Origin: Macrostomum lignano | Taxonomy: Eukaryota | Length of the DNA stretch: 64,000 bases | Direction of reading: 5' to 3' | Assembly: GCA_002269645.1 (NCBI GenBank) | Contig: NIVC01003638.1 | Location: 1-64,000 of the forward strand | Part shown: positions 47,518 to 60,200 of the stretch, piece after piece | How positions within the stretch are numbered: position 1 is the stretch's first letter | Layout of the letters: the number at the start of each line of letters is the position of its first letter | Position numbers and translations under genes: made by a program | Notes under the pieces: generated by a model | What the model was told of the DNA's origin: nothing | Databases searched by the model: none | What the model saw: only the letters and a program-made list of their open reading frames with translations

Positions 47518-50500
47518 ATCTGACACCCAACAGGACGTCTTTGACACCCAACAGGACGTCTCTGACACCCAATGTGATGTCTCTGATACCCAACAGGACG
47601 TCTCTGACACCCAATGTGATGTCTTTGACACCCAACAGGACGTCTCTGACACCCAATGTGATGTCTCTGATACCCAACAGGACGTCTCTGACACCCAATG
47701 TGATGTCTCTGATACCCAACAGGACGTCTCTGACACCCAATGCGATGTCTCTGACACCCAACAGGACGTCTCTGACACCCAATATGACGTCTCTGACACC
47801 CAATATGACGTCTCTGACACCCAATGTGATGTCTCTGACACCCAACAGGACGTCTCTGACACCCAACAGGACGTCTCTGACACCCAATATGACGTCTCTG
47901 ACACCCAATATGACGTCTCTGACACCCAATGTGATGTCTTTGACACCCAACAGGACGTCTCTGACACCCAATGTGATGTCTCTGATACCCAATGTGATGT
48001 CTTTGACACCCAACAGGACGTCTCTGACACCCAATGTGATGTCTCTGATACCCAACAGGACGTCTCTGACACCCAATGTGATGTCTTTGACACCCAACAG
48101 GACGTCTCTGACACCCAATGTGATGTCTCTGATACCCAACAGGACGTCTCTGACACCCAATGTGATGTCTCTGATACCCAACAGGACGTCTCTGACACCC
48201 AATGTGATGTCTCTGACACCCAACAGGACGTCTCTGACACCCAATGTGATGTCTCTGATACCCAACAGGACGTCTCTGACACCCAATATGACGTCTCTGA
48301 TACCCAATGTGACGTCTCTGACACCCAATGTGATGTCTCTGATACCCAATGTGACGTCTCTGACACCCAATGTGATGTCTCTGATACCCAACAGGACGTC
48401 TCTGACACCCAATGCGATGTCTCTGACACCCAACAGGACGTCTCTGACACCCAATATGACGTCTCTGACACCCAATATGACGTCTCTGACACCCAATGTG
48501 ATGTCTCTGATACCCAATGTGACGTCTCTGACACCCAATGTGATGTCTCTGATACCCAACAGGACGTCTCTGACACCCAATGTGATGTCTCTGACACCCA
48601 ATGTGATGTCTCTGACACCCAAAGTGATGTCTCTGATACCCAATATGACGTCTCTGACACCCAATATGACGTCTCTGACACCCAATGTGATGTCTTTGAC
48701 ACCCAACAGGACGTCTCTGACACCCAATGTGATGTCTCTGATACCCAATGTGACGTCTCTGACACCCAATGTGATGTCTCTGATACCCAATGTGACGTCT
48801 CTGACACCCAATGTGATGTCTCTGATACCCAATGTGACGTCTCTGACACCCAATGTGATGTCTCTGATACCCAACAGGACGTCTCTGACACCCAATGTGA
48901 TGTCTCTGACACCCAACAGGACGTCTCTGACACCCAATGTGATGTCTCTGACACCCAATATGACGTCTCTGATACCCAATATGACGTCTCTGACACCCAA
49001 TATGACGTCTCTGACACCCAACAGGACGTCTCTGACACCCAATGTGATGTCTCTGACACCCAATATGATGTCTCTGACACTCAATATGACGTCTCTGACA
49101 CCCAATATGACGTCTCTGACACCCAATATGACGTCTCTGACACCCAACAGGACGTCTCTGACACCCAATGTGATGTCTCTGACACCCAATATGATGTCTC
49201 TGACACCCAATATGACGTCTCTGACACCCAATATGACGTCTCTGACACCCAATGTGATGTCTCTGACACCCAATGTGATGTCTCTGATACCCAATATGAC
49301 GTCTCTGACACCCAAAATGACGTCTCTGACACCCAATGTGATGTCTCTGACACCCAACAGGACGTCTCTGACACCCAATATGACGTCTCTGACACCCAAT
49401 GTGATGTCTCTGACACCCAATGTGATGTCTCTGATACCCAATATGACGTCTCTGACACCCAATATGACGTCTCTGACACCCAATGTGATGTCTCTGACAC
49501 CCAACAGGACGTCTCTGACACCCAACAGGACGTCTCTGACACCCAATGTGATGTCTCTGACACCCAATATGACGTCTCTGACACCCAATGTGATGTCTCT
49601 GACACCCAATATGACGTCTCTGACACCCAATGTGATGTCTCTGACACCCAACAGGACGTCTCTGACACCCAATGTGATGTCTCTGACACCCAAAGTGATG
49701 TCTCTGATACCCAATATGACGTCTCTGACACCCAATATGACGTCTCTGACACCCAATGTGATGTCTCTGACACCCAACAGGACGTCTCTGACACCCAATG
49801 TGATGTCTCTGATACCCAATGTGACGTCTCTGACACCCAATGTGATGTCTCTGACACCCAAAGTGATGTCTCTGATACCCAATATGACGTCTCTGACACC
49901 CAATGTGATGTCTCTGATACCCAACAGGACGTCTCTGACACCCAATGCGATGTCTCTGACACCCAACAGGACGTCTCTGACACCCAATATGACGTCTCTG
50001 ACACCCAATATGACGTCTCTGACACCCAATGTGATGTCTCTGACACCCAACAGGACGTCTCTGACACCCAACAGGACGTCTCTGACACCCAATATGACGT
50101 CTCTGACACCCAACAGGACGTCTCTGACACCCAATGTGATGTCTCTGATACCCAATGTGACGTCTCTGACACCCAATGTGATGTCTCTGATACCCAATGT
50201 GACGTCTCTGACACCCAACAGGACGTCTCTGATACCCAACAGGACGTCTCTGACACCCAACAGGACGTCTCTGACACCCAATATGACGTCTCTGACACCC
50301 AATATGACGTCTCTGACACCCAATGTGATGTCTCTGATACCCAATGTGACGTCTCTGACACCCAATGTGATGTCTCTGATACCCAACAGGACGTCTCTGA
50401 CACCCAATGTGATGTCTCTGATACCCAACAGGACGTCTCTGACACCCAATGCGATGTCTCTGATACCCAACAGGACGTCTCTGACACCCAATATGACGTC

Positions 50501-51960
50501 TCTGACACCCAATATGACGTCTCTGACACCCAATGTGATGTCTCTGACACCCAACAGGACGTCTCTGACACCCAACAGGACGTCTCTGACACCCAATATG
50601 ACGTCTCTGACACCCAATGTGATGTCTCTGATACCCAATGTGACGTCTCTGACACCCAATGTGATGTCTCTGATACCCAACAGGACGTCTCTGACACCCA
50701 ATGTGATGTCTCTGACACCCAATGTGATGTCTCTGACACCCAAAGTGATGTCTCTGATACCCAATATGACGTCTCTGACACCCAATATGACGTCTCTGAC
50801 ACCCAATGTGATGTCTTTGACACCCAACAGGACGTCTCTGACACCCAATGTGATGTCTCTGATACCCAATGTGACGTCTCTGACACCCAATGTGATGTCT
50901 CTGATACCCAACAGGACGTCTCTGACACCCAATGTGATGTCTCTGACACCCAACAGGACGTCTCTGACACCCAATGTGACGTCTCTGATACCCAATATGA
51001 CGTCTCTGACACCCAATATGACGTCTCTGACACCCAACAGGACGTCTCTGACACCCAATGTGATGTCTCTGACACCCAATATGATGTCTCTGACACTCAA
51101 TATGACGTCTCTGACACCCAATATGACGTCTCTGACACCCAATATGACGTCTCTGACACCCAACAGGACGTCTCTGACACCCAATGTGATGTCTCTGACA
51201 CCCAATATGATGTCTCTGACACCCAATATGACGTCTCTGACACCCAATATGACGTCTCTGACACCCAATGTGATGTCTCTGACACCCAATGTGATGTCTC
51301 TGACACCCAACAGGACGTCTCTGACACCCAATGTGATGTCTCTGACACCCAAAGTGATGTCTCTGATACCCAATATGACGTCTCTGACACCCAATATGAC
51401 GTCTCTGACACCCAATGTGATGTCTCTGACACCCAACAGGACGTCTCTGACACCCAATGTGATGTCTCTGATACCCAATGTGACGTCTCTGACACCCAAT
51501 GTGATGTCTCTGACACCCAAAGTGATGTCTCTGATACCCAATATGACGTCTCTGACACCCAATATGACGTCTCTGACACCCAATGTGATGTCTCTGACAC
51601 CCAACAGGACGTCTCTGACACCCAATGTGATGTCTCTGATACCCAATGTGACGTCTCTGACACCCAATGTGATGTCTCTGATACCCAACAGGACGTCTCT
51701 GACACCCAATATGACGTCTCTGACACCCAATGTGATGTCTCTGATACCCAATGTGACGTCTCTGACACCCAATGTGATGTCTCTGATACCCAACAGGACG
51801 TCTCTGACACCCAATGTGATGTCTCTGATACCCAATGTGACGTCTCTGACACCCAATGTGATGTCTCTGATACCCAACAGGACGTCTCTGACACCCAATG
51901 TGATGTCTCTGACACCCAATGTGATGTCTCTGACACCCAACATGGCGCCTCTGACACTCA
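47518..51960. repeat. 21-bp satellite (TCTCTGACACCCAATGTGATG and variants), about 210 units
   Basis: Direct reading. It is 4.4 kb with a constant 21-bp register. Confidence 0.97.
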
Positions 51961-53719
51961 AATGGCGTCTCTGTAACATTTAAAACCACCTGTAGCATTT
52001 GCTACCAATAGGCAGCTGTGCACCCCATGAGTATCCTTGTCCACCGCCCTATATGACCCCATGCTATAGCTCCAATTGGTGTACTGCTCTTGTACATTTG
52101 CTCGCATCTGGAATCGAGACGGCTTACGAAACTTACCCTTCGTCAAGTTCTAACTCTCTGTATTGCTTCTCTCCCCGTTGGATCTTCTACGCAGAATAAA
52201 CAGCCCCCCCCCCCTGGAAATTGAAGGCCATGCACGCGCTCTTCGTGGCCTTTTTCAGTGGTACCCCCTACCGTTGGCGCTTCCAAACAAATGTCAAAGC
52301 CCGCCTCTGTATCCATGTGGAACTTGGGGGGTCGTTCTTTGCCGGTGGAAATGTCAAGGGGGCCCCGACTAGAGATCGAAGTTGGTCCAACCTCTTGTAG
52401 CTTGTAATCCGACTGTAAGCACGGGCTAGGGGGAATGGATCTATTCCTCTGCGGCCACCACCCCACCCACTCTCAAGCATGCGGCGTCAGTTGCTGCTGG
52501 GAAGCCTCATCTCTCTTGCATGCATATGCATTTGGCATTTGGCTGGCTGCATGGATCAACAGGCCTTTCCACCCCACCCCTGCAGATCCCCGGGCCTCTC
52601 TAGTGGCAGCCATTTCGCAAAGTTGACCTGACATTTCGCCCAGTGCGGTCTGCGCGGCGAGCCGCTGAAGTTCGGTTGGTTTATGGGAGATCAGCAGCTT
52701 CCAAGTCTGCATATCGAGTGCAGCTCTTCCTTGTTGAAAACCCTGAACAGGTTTTGAGTTAGCAGAGTGTACACGACTGACGATTAGAAAGTCAGGGCCG
52801 CTGTACACCCTGCGTGAGCTCAGGAGTCAGCGGAATGGGCAGAATTGCCGTTGCGGTGTCCTGGAATTTTTACTTTCATATAGACCGCATGAAGTTGCCA
52901 CTCCTGACTTCAGTTCCTGGATCTCCCTGGTCAGTCAGTCGGACGAAATGACGCACGCAGCTGCTGGGAAGTTAAGAATGCAAAGTGGGACAGGAGTTTT
53001 ATGAAGACATTTTCTTTTCTAAGAGAGCTAGAAAAAGGTAAAATTGCGCAAAAAGAGAAACCCAAATCGTCTTGTCTTGACTTGGGGCTCGCTGTTGTTT
53101 GTTTTCACATCCTTCAAGAGGCCAATGGGTACACTTGTTGCTGCGCAAATTTCTTCTTCTGCAAAAGACACGTCGATTGCTTATTCTGCAAAGGAAAATT
53201 TCTCATGCTCAGATTGAGTTTGATAGGTTTTTTATTCGATTCCAAGGAGATTCTCAGACCAGAAATCAATGTCAATGGTAGATTCGGCAGTGCTTCAAGA
53301 CCCATTATCCAATTTTTGTTCAACGAAATATAAAAATTTACTGAACTTGCAGAAGTTTCCAGAGCGAGAAGCATTTGCCCAACACAGCTGGCATACCTAC
53401 AGAATGTCGGAACATTTCGGAAATGTCACCACCGCCCCCAGATCCTCCCTGGATCCCGCTGTGGCCCTCTATCAGCAAATCGATGCAATATTTGCCGCAG
53501 CAGTCCAAGTGTTTCTGCAGCCCCTTCATTCCTCCCCTCTCCTTTCTCCCCTTCTCTCACCTCTCTCTTGAAATCCCTGTTTTGAAAACTTGGCCACCGA
53601 CCTCAGTTGGGGAAATTCAATTGGCCTTGGCCTTTACCGCCGTGGGCCTCGGTGTCTATCGCACTGATCGATAAACTTTCACAGCCCCCATCAACAGCCC
53701 CGCCTCCTCCCCACGGAAC

Positions 53720-53899
53720 CGTCAATAAAAGCGAGCGGCGTCGGGCGCGCCCAAGGATCTCTTCGCCTGCCAGAGACGGCGCGTGCGGACCCGGAACTGC
53801 TTCGCTCTTCTACACACTTTTAATAGGACTTGCCACTTTTTCTTTCACTAGACTGAGATTTCAATTTCATTTGCTTTTGTTTTAATTCGTCACTATAAG
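53720..53899 (+). promoter_or_regulatory. Probable myosin core promoter and non-coding first exon
   Basis: An AATAAAAG TATA-like element at 53724-53731 sits in a GC-rich context. A strong donor AAG|GTAAGG lies at 53899/53900, and an acceptor TCTTCAACAG| at 54260 lies 35 nt before the myosin ATG. This is inference without transcript data. Confidence 0.45.
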
Positions 53900-53994
53900 G
53901 TAAGGCCGGCTTAGAACTCTTGAAATGTTTCTTATCATTACAATGTCCAGGTGCAGGCATTAGTGCCCGTGTGCAGGTGTAAGATTTTACCTGC

Positions 53995-54202
53995 ACACAA
54001 TGTCCCAGGTGCAGGTGTTATCCCAATGTCCCAGTTGCATGCTTTATCCCAATGTCCCAGGTGCAGGTGTTATCCCAATGTCCCAGTTGCAGGTGTTATC
54101 CCAATGTCCCAGGTGCAGGTGTTATCCCAATGTCCCAGGTGCAGGTGTTATCCCAATGTCCCAGTTGCATGCTTTATCCCAATGTCCCAGGTGCAGGTGT
54201 TA
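53995..54202. repeat. 26-bp tandem array (ATCCCAATGTCCCAGGTGCAGGTGTT)n in the putative myosin 5'-UTR intron
   Basis: Direct reading. Confidence 0.9.
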
Positions 54203-54295
54203 TCGACAATTTCAGTTGTATACGTATCTCGTGAAATCTTATCATTGGCATCTTCAACAGCAGCTCACACCTGTCCCGCAATCCCCAATCCAGAC

Positions 54296-57200
54296 ATGTC
54301 CGGACTAGACCCCAAGGATCCGGACTTCAAGTACCTCGGCGTGGACCGGAAGGCCCTGCTGAAGGAGATCGGCAATGCCACCTTCGACTCCAAGAAGGTC
54401 TGCTGGTGCCCGGACGAGAAGGAGGGCTACGTAAAGGCGGACGTGATCTCCAGGGAGGGCGGAAAAGTCACCGTCAAGACTGAGAAGGGCGAGGCAAGCT
54501 TAACGGATATTCTTTTTTGGTGATCATTAAATTTATAACTAAAGGTAGTTTGCTTAACTTTTGAAGCGTCACCAAATTCTAGGAGAAGACCCTGAAGGAG
54601 GACGACATCCAGCAGATGAACCCGCCCAAGTTCGAGCTCTTCGAGGACATGGCCAACTTGACCTTCCTGAACGACGCTTCGGTGCTGCACAACCTTCGGC
54701 AGCGCTACTACAAACTGCTCATCTACGTGGGTTCACTAAATTTAAATTTAAAATCGAAAGCAAAATGTCAAGAAAAAAGTCAAGAAAAGAGCAGTTTTAC
54801 ATGTACAAAAAAGACAAAATACAAAATTTCAATAAGACTAATAAGTGAATCCACAAAGATGCTTCAGTCTCCAGTTGACTCGCTTTGACTCAACTTTGAT
54901 TGCAGACCTACTCGGGCCTGTTCTGCGTAGTGGTGAACCCCTACAAGCGCCTGCCGATCTACACCAACAGCGTGGTGATGAAGTACAAGGGCAAGCGGAA
55001 GACCGAGATGCCGCCGCACGCCTTCGCCATCTCTGACAACGCCTATTCGAACATGTTGCAGGGTGAGATAAAACAAAATTTCCGGCTTTTACTATTTAAC
55101 GAATCATTGCGGGGTTTGAATTTTAACAAAAAATGTCTCTTATTCCAGAGCGCGAGAACCAGTCTGTGCTGATCACGTAAGAATTTTTTGTTTTAATTTA
55201 ACTTGGACCTAATACGACAAATCTCTTTAATTTTATATTTAACAGAAATTTCAATACGTTTTTATTTGGTTTTCCGCTTGAAACTCGATAGCTATCAGAT
55301 TTAATAATTAGCTTTGCGTTCGCCAAACAATGCTTATATTTACCGTGTATACCATGAGAAGTAGTTCATTGCTACTGCAAAATTAGTAGTGCTTATTAAT
55401 TGCTGTTCAGCATGGCGCATTTGTGGCCTCCTTGTTAGACAAGAGAACACATTATTTTGTGCCATCTATTTGTGACGCCAAAAAACCGCACACACTAAAC
55501 CAGTGGCGAGAGCGGTGCCGGTAAAACCGAGAACACCAAGAAGGTCATCTCGTACTTTGCCCAACTGACGGCTCTCACTCAGTCCAAGGAAGCCACTGAG
55601 AAGGACGCTGACAAGAAGGTTTGAAGCAAAAACTGAGAAGACGAAAATTGGTCCTTGCCCATCGCGTTTCGAGAACCCTGATTTCCATCCCTTGTTTTCA
55701 ATCTATTTGAATTGTATTGTCAAACCAGCGCATGCTAGGAACATTTACCATATACACTATGAAGGCTAGAGGGAGAGAGGGCACTAGAGATGGTAAGGGG
55801 ACAGAGATAATGATATTTGACCGGCAATGTACACTTGGGAGGGTAGGGATAGAGAGAACGATCTTTGACCGGCAATGTACACTTGGGAGGGTAGGTGATA
55901 GAGAGAACGATCTTTGATCGGCAATGTACACTTGGGAGGGTAGGGGATAGAGAGAACGATCTTTGACCGGCAATGTACACTTGGGAGGGTAGGGGATAGA
56001 GAGAACGATCTTTGACCGGCAATGTACACTTGGGAGGGTAGGGGATAGAGAGAACGATCTTTGACCGGCAATGTACACTTGGGAGGGTAGGGATAGAGAG
56101 AACGATCTTTGACCGGCAATGTACACTTGGGAGGGTAGGGGATAGAGAGAACGATCTTTGACCGGCAATGTACACTTGGGAGGGTAGGGGATAGAGAGAA
56201 CGATCTTTGACCGGCAATGTACACTTGGGAGGGTAGGGGATAGAGAGAACTATCTTTGACCGGCAATGTACACTTGGGAGGGTAGGGGATAGAGAGAACG
56301 ATCTTTGACCGGCAATGTACACTTGGGAGGGCAGAGAGAATAGATATTTAATTGAAGCTTGGGCCAACTATAGTAGAGAGCCAGATAGCTAGTGGCTATC
56401 TGAAAGGAAAAAATAAAGTAATTACATGTAGCTCGATGCTCATAGTACGAGAATTTTCGGACCATGAGACGTATTAGACCTATTTAGCACCTTTCTAAAT
56501 AAGTAAATAATATTGATTGAGTAAGCAGCAGCCTTAATCATACCAAACCCTGGTTTTATTTTTATCCTTGACTATTCTGAAGCTACGTGTATTTTTTCTA
56601 AACCCTTAAATCAAACCTTGACTATACTCGTATGTACGAGCGTAACTGGTGCTGCAGGGATGTGTTTTAACTTGTCTCATACTGATTTGTGCAACATTCC
56701 TAAAATCAGAGACCTTTCGGAACTTTTCATGACGAAATTTCGAAATGAAAATCTGACCTTTTTACTAAAGTTTTTTTTACCCGATATTTAAACCAAATTA
56801 TCTGCATGCCAAATTTAACACAGTTTGATGATTAATTGACCAACCATGAGTCAGGTTTTGCATAGCTCTACCATCCTCTTCCGACGAATCTCCAGGGCAG
56901 CCTAGAGGAGCAGATTGTACAGGCCAATCCGGTGCTGGAGGCCTACGGCAATGCCAAGACGGTCAGGAACAACAACTCGTCCCGTTTCGTAAGTTGAGTT
57001 GACAACTGTTAGTCAGTTGGTTGGCTTTGCGATCTTAACTCAAGCTAATGTCCGCCATCTCTGCAGGGAAAATTTATTCGAATCCACTTCGGCCCAACCG
57101 GCAAGATCGCTGGTGCCGACATCGAATTCTGTGAGTAGCTATAAATCATAAATCAATCAGAAATCATAAATACCACAGCGTTTCTCATATTTTTTCCCAA

Positions 57201-60200
57201 CGGGCCAATCTCGCCATGCAGACCTGCTGGAGAAGTCGCGCGTCACCTCGCAGATGTCCGGCGAGCGCAACTACCACATCTTCTACCAGCTGCTGTCCGA
57301 CTACGCCAAGCAGTGGCACGACAAGCTGCTGGTCACTTCCGACCCGGCTCTGTACTCCTTCATCAACCAGGGCGAGCTGTCCATCGACGGAGTCGATGAC
57401 GCCGAGGAGATGAAGCTCACTGACGAGGCCATCAACATCCTGGGCTTCTCGAACGACGAGAAGAACGGCATGTTCAAGGCCACCTGCGCCGTCATGAACA
57501 TGGGCGAGATGAAATTCAAGCAGAGACCGCGCGAGGAGCAGGCCGAATCCGACGGCACCGCCGAGGCTGAGAAGGTGGCCTTCCTGCTGGGCGTGAACGC
57601 CAAGGACTTGCTGCAGGCGATCCTCAAGCCCAAGGTGAAGGTCGGCAACGACTACGTGACCAAGGGCCAGAGCCTGGAGCAGGTGACGTTCTCCGTGAAT
57701 GCCTTGGCCAAGTCGTTGTACAGCCGCATGTTCGCCTGGCTGGTCAACCGCGTCAACCAGACCCTGGACACCAAGGCCAAGCGTCAGTACTTCATCGGTG
57801 TGCTGGACATTGCCGGCTTTGAGATCTTCGACTTCAACGGCTTCGAGCAGATCTGCATCAACTACACCAACGAGCGGCTGCAGCAGTTCTTCAACCACCA
57901 CATGTTCGTGCTGGAGCAGGAGGAGTACAAGAAAGAGGCCATCGACTGGGAATTCATCGACTTCGGCATGGATCTTGCCGCCTGCATCGAGCTGATTGAG
58001 AAACCCATGGGCATCCTGTCCATCCTTGAGGAAGAGTGCATGTTCCCCAAGGCCTCGGACACCACCTTCAAAAACAAGCTGTACGACAACCACCTTGGCA
58101 AGTCGCCGAACTTCGGCAAGCCGAAGCCGCCGAAGCCTGGAAAGGCCGAGGCGCACTTTGAGCTGCACCACTACGCCGGCACGGTCGGCTACAATATCAC
58201 CGGCTGGCTGGAGCGCAACAAGGACCCGCTGAACGAGACTGTCATCGGTGTGCTCAGCGCTAGCAAGGAGCACCTGGTTGCTCTGTTCTTCCCGCCGCCG
58301 GATGGTGTGTAAATCTTATATACTAAATTTATCTGCTAGAATTCGGTGAACGTGTGGTAGTGAAAATAAATTATCTCGTTTTACTTTCAGAGGGTGCGGA
58401 AAAGGCCGGCAAGAAGCGCAAGGGAGGCGGCATGCAGACCATCTCCGCTACTCACCGCGTAAGTTGTTGTTATTGCCGTGTCTCTTCAACTATTTGAAGC
58501 CATGATTTTTCATTTACGCAGCATGTGTAACTCCATGCTTTTCTATTGAATCGCCCACTTGTAGGAGTCTCTGAACAAGCTGATGAAGAACTTGCACAGC
58601 ACCTCGCCCAACTTCATTCGTTGCATCGTGCCGAACGAGTTCAAGCAGACCGGCGTTGTCGACGCTCACCTCGTGCTGCACCAGCTGCACTGCAACGGTG
58701 TGCTCGAGGGCATCCGTATCTGCCGAAAGGGCTTCCCCAACCGCATGATCTACTCCGAGTTCAAGCAGCGGTGAGCAATCGTTAATTACCTATCAATCCC
58801 ATATGATTACCTATCAATGCTTTGGTCATTGGAATGAACATCAAATTCCACCCAGATACTCCATCCTGGCCCCCAACGTCATCCCGGAGGGCTTCGTCGA
58901 TGGCAAGGCCGTCGGTGGCAAGATCCTGGAGGCCGTGCAGCTGGACAAGCAGCAGTACCGCCTTGGCAACACCAAGATTTTCTTCAAGGCCGGTGTGCTG
59001 GCCGAGCTCGAGGACATCCGCGACGAGAAGCTGAGCCGCATCATCGCACTGTTCCAGGCCCAGATCCGCGGCTACGTGATGCGCAAGAAGCACAAGAAGC
59101 TGCAGGACCAGCGCACCGCTCTCAGCATCATCCAGCGCAACGTGCGCAAGCATCTGCAGCTGAAGAACTGGGAGTGGTGGCGCCTGTACCTCAAGGTGAA
59201 GCCGATGCTCAACGTTGCCCGCCAGGAGGAGGAGATGAAGAAGGCCGCCGAGGAGCTCGCCAAGTTCAAGGAGGACTACGAGAAGATGGAGAAGCTGAAG
59301 AAAGAGCTCGAGGAGCAGAACGTGACTCTGCTTCAGCAGAAGAACGACATCTTCCTGCAGCTGCAGGCTGAGCAGGACACCCTGGCCGACGCCGAGGAGA
59401 AGATCGAGAATCTCATCAAGCAGAAGGCCGACTATGAGTCGCAGATCAAGGAGCTAGAAGACCGCCTGCTGGACGAGGAGGACGCCGCCAACGAGCTTGA
59501 GGGCGTCAAGAAGAAGATGGAGGGCGAGACCAACGAGCTAAAGAAGAACATCGAGGACCTGGAGAAGAACCTGCAGAAGGCCGAGCAGGAGAAGCAGAGC
59601 AAAGAGAACCAGATCCGCAGCCTGCAGGATGACATGGCCCGCCAGGACGAGTCCATAGCCAAGCTGCAGAAGGAGAAGAAGGCCCACGAGGAGACCATCA
59701 AGCAGACCCAGGAGGCTCTGGCCGCCGAGGAGGAGAAGGTGAAGAACCTGAACAAGCTGAAGCAGAAGCTGGAGCAGAACCTGGATGAGATGGAGGAGCA
59801 GCTGGAGCGGGAGAAGAAGGTCCGCGCCGACGTTGAGAAGGCGAAGCGCAAGATCGAAGGCGACCTGAAGATGACTCAGGAGACCGTCGAGGACCTGGAG
59901 CGGGTGAAGCGCGACATGGAGGAGCAGATCAAGAGGAAGGACGCCGAGCTGAGCAGCCTGCACAACAAGGTCGAGGATGAGCAGGGCATCATCGCCCAGC
60001 TGCAGCGCAAGATCAAGGAGCTGCAGGCTCGCATCCAGGAGCTGGAGGAGGAGCTGGAGACCGAGCGTCAGGGGCGCTCAAAGGCTGAGAAGCAGCGCCA
60101 GCAGGTCGAGGCTGAGCTCGAGGACGTCGCCGACAAGCTGGAGGAGCAGGGCGGCGCCACTGTCGTTCAGCAGGAGTTGAACAAGAAGCGCGAGGCCGAA

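Noticed and set aside
26358-51960. Regular arrays of 20-37-bp units that superficially resemble CRISPR repeats
   Set aside because: The units are head-to-tail with no unique spacers, there are no cas genes, and the context is eukaryotic introns.
52000-53600. GC-mixed region with short ORFs upstream of myosin
   Set aside because: No homology is recognisable by eye, and there is no coherent exon chain.
55149-55176. 28-nt myosin micro-exon as a novelty
   Set aside because: A short exon just before the P-loop is, from my knowledge, a conserved feature of sarcomeric myosin genes.
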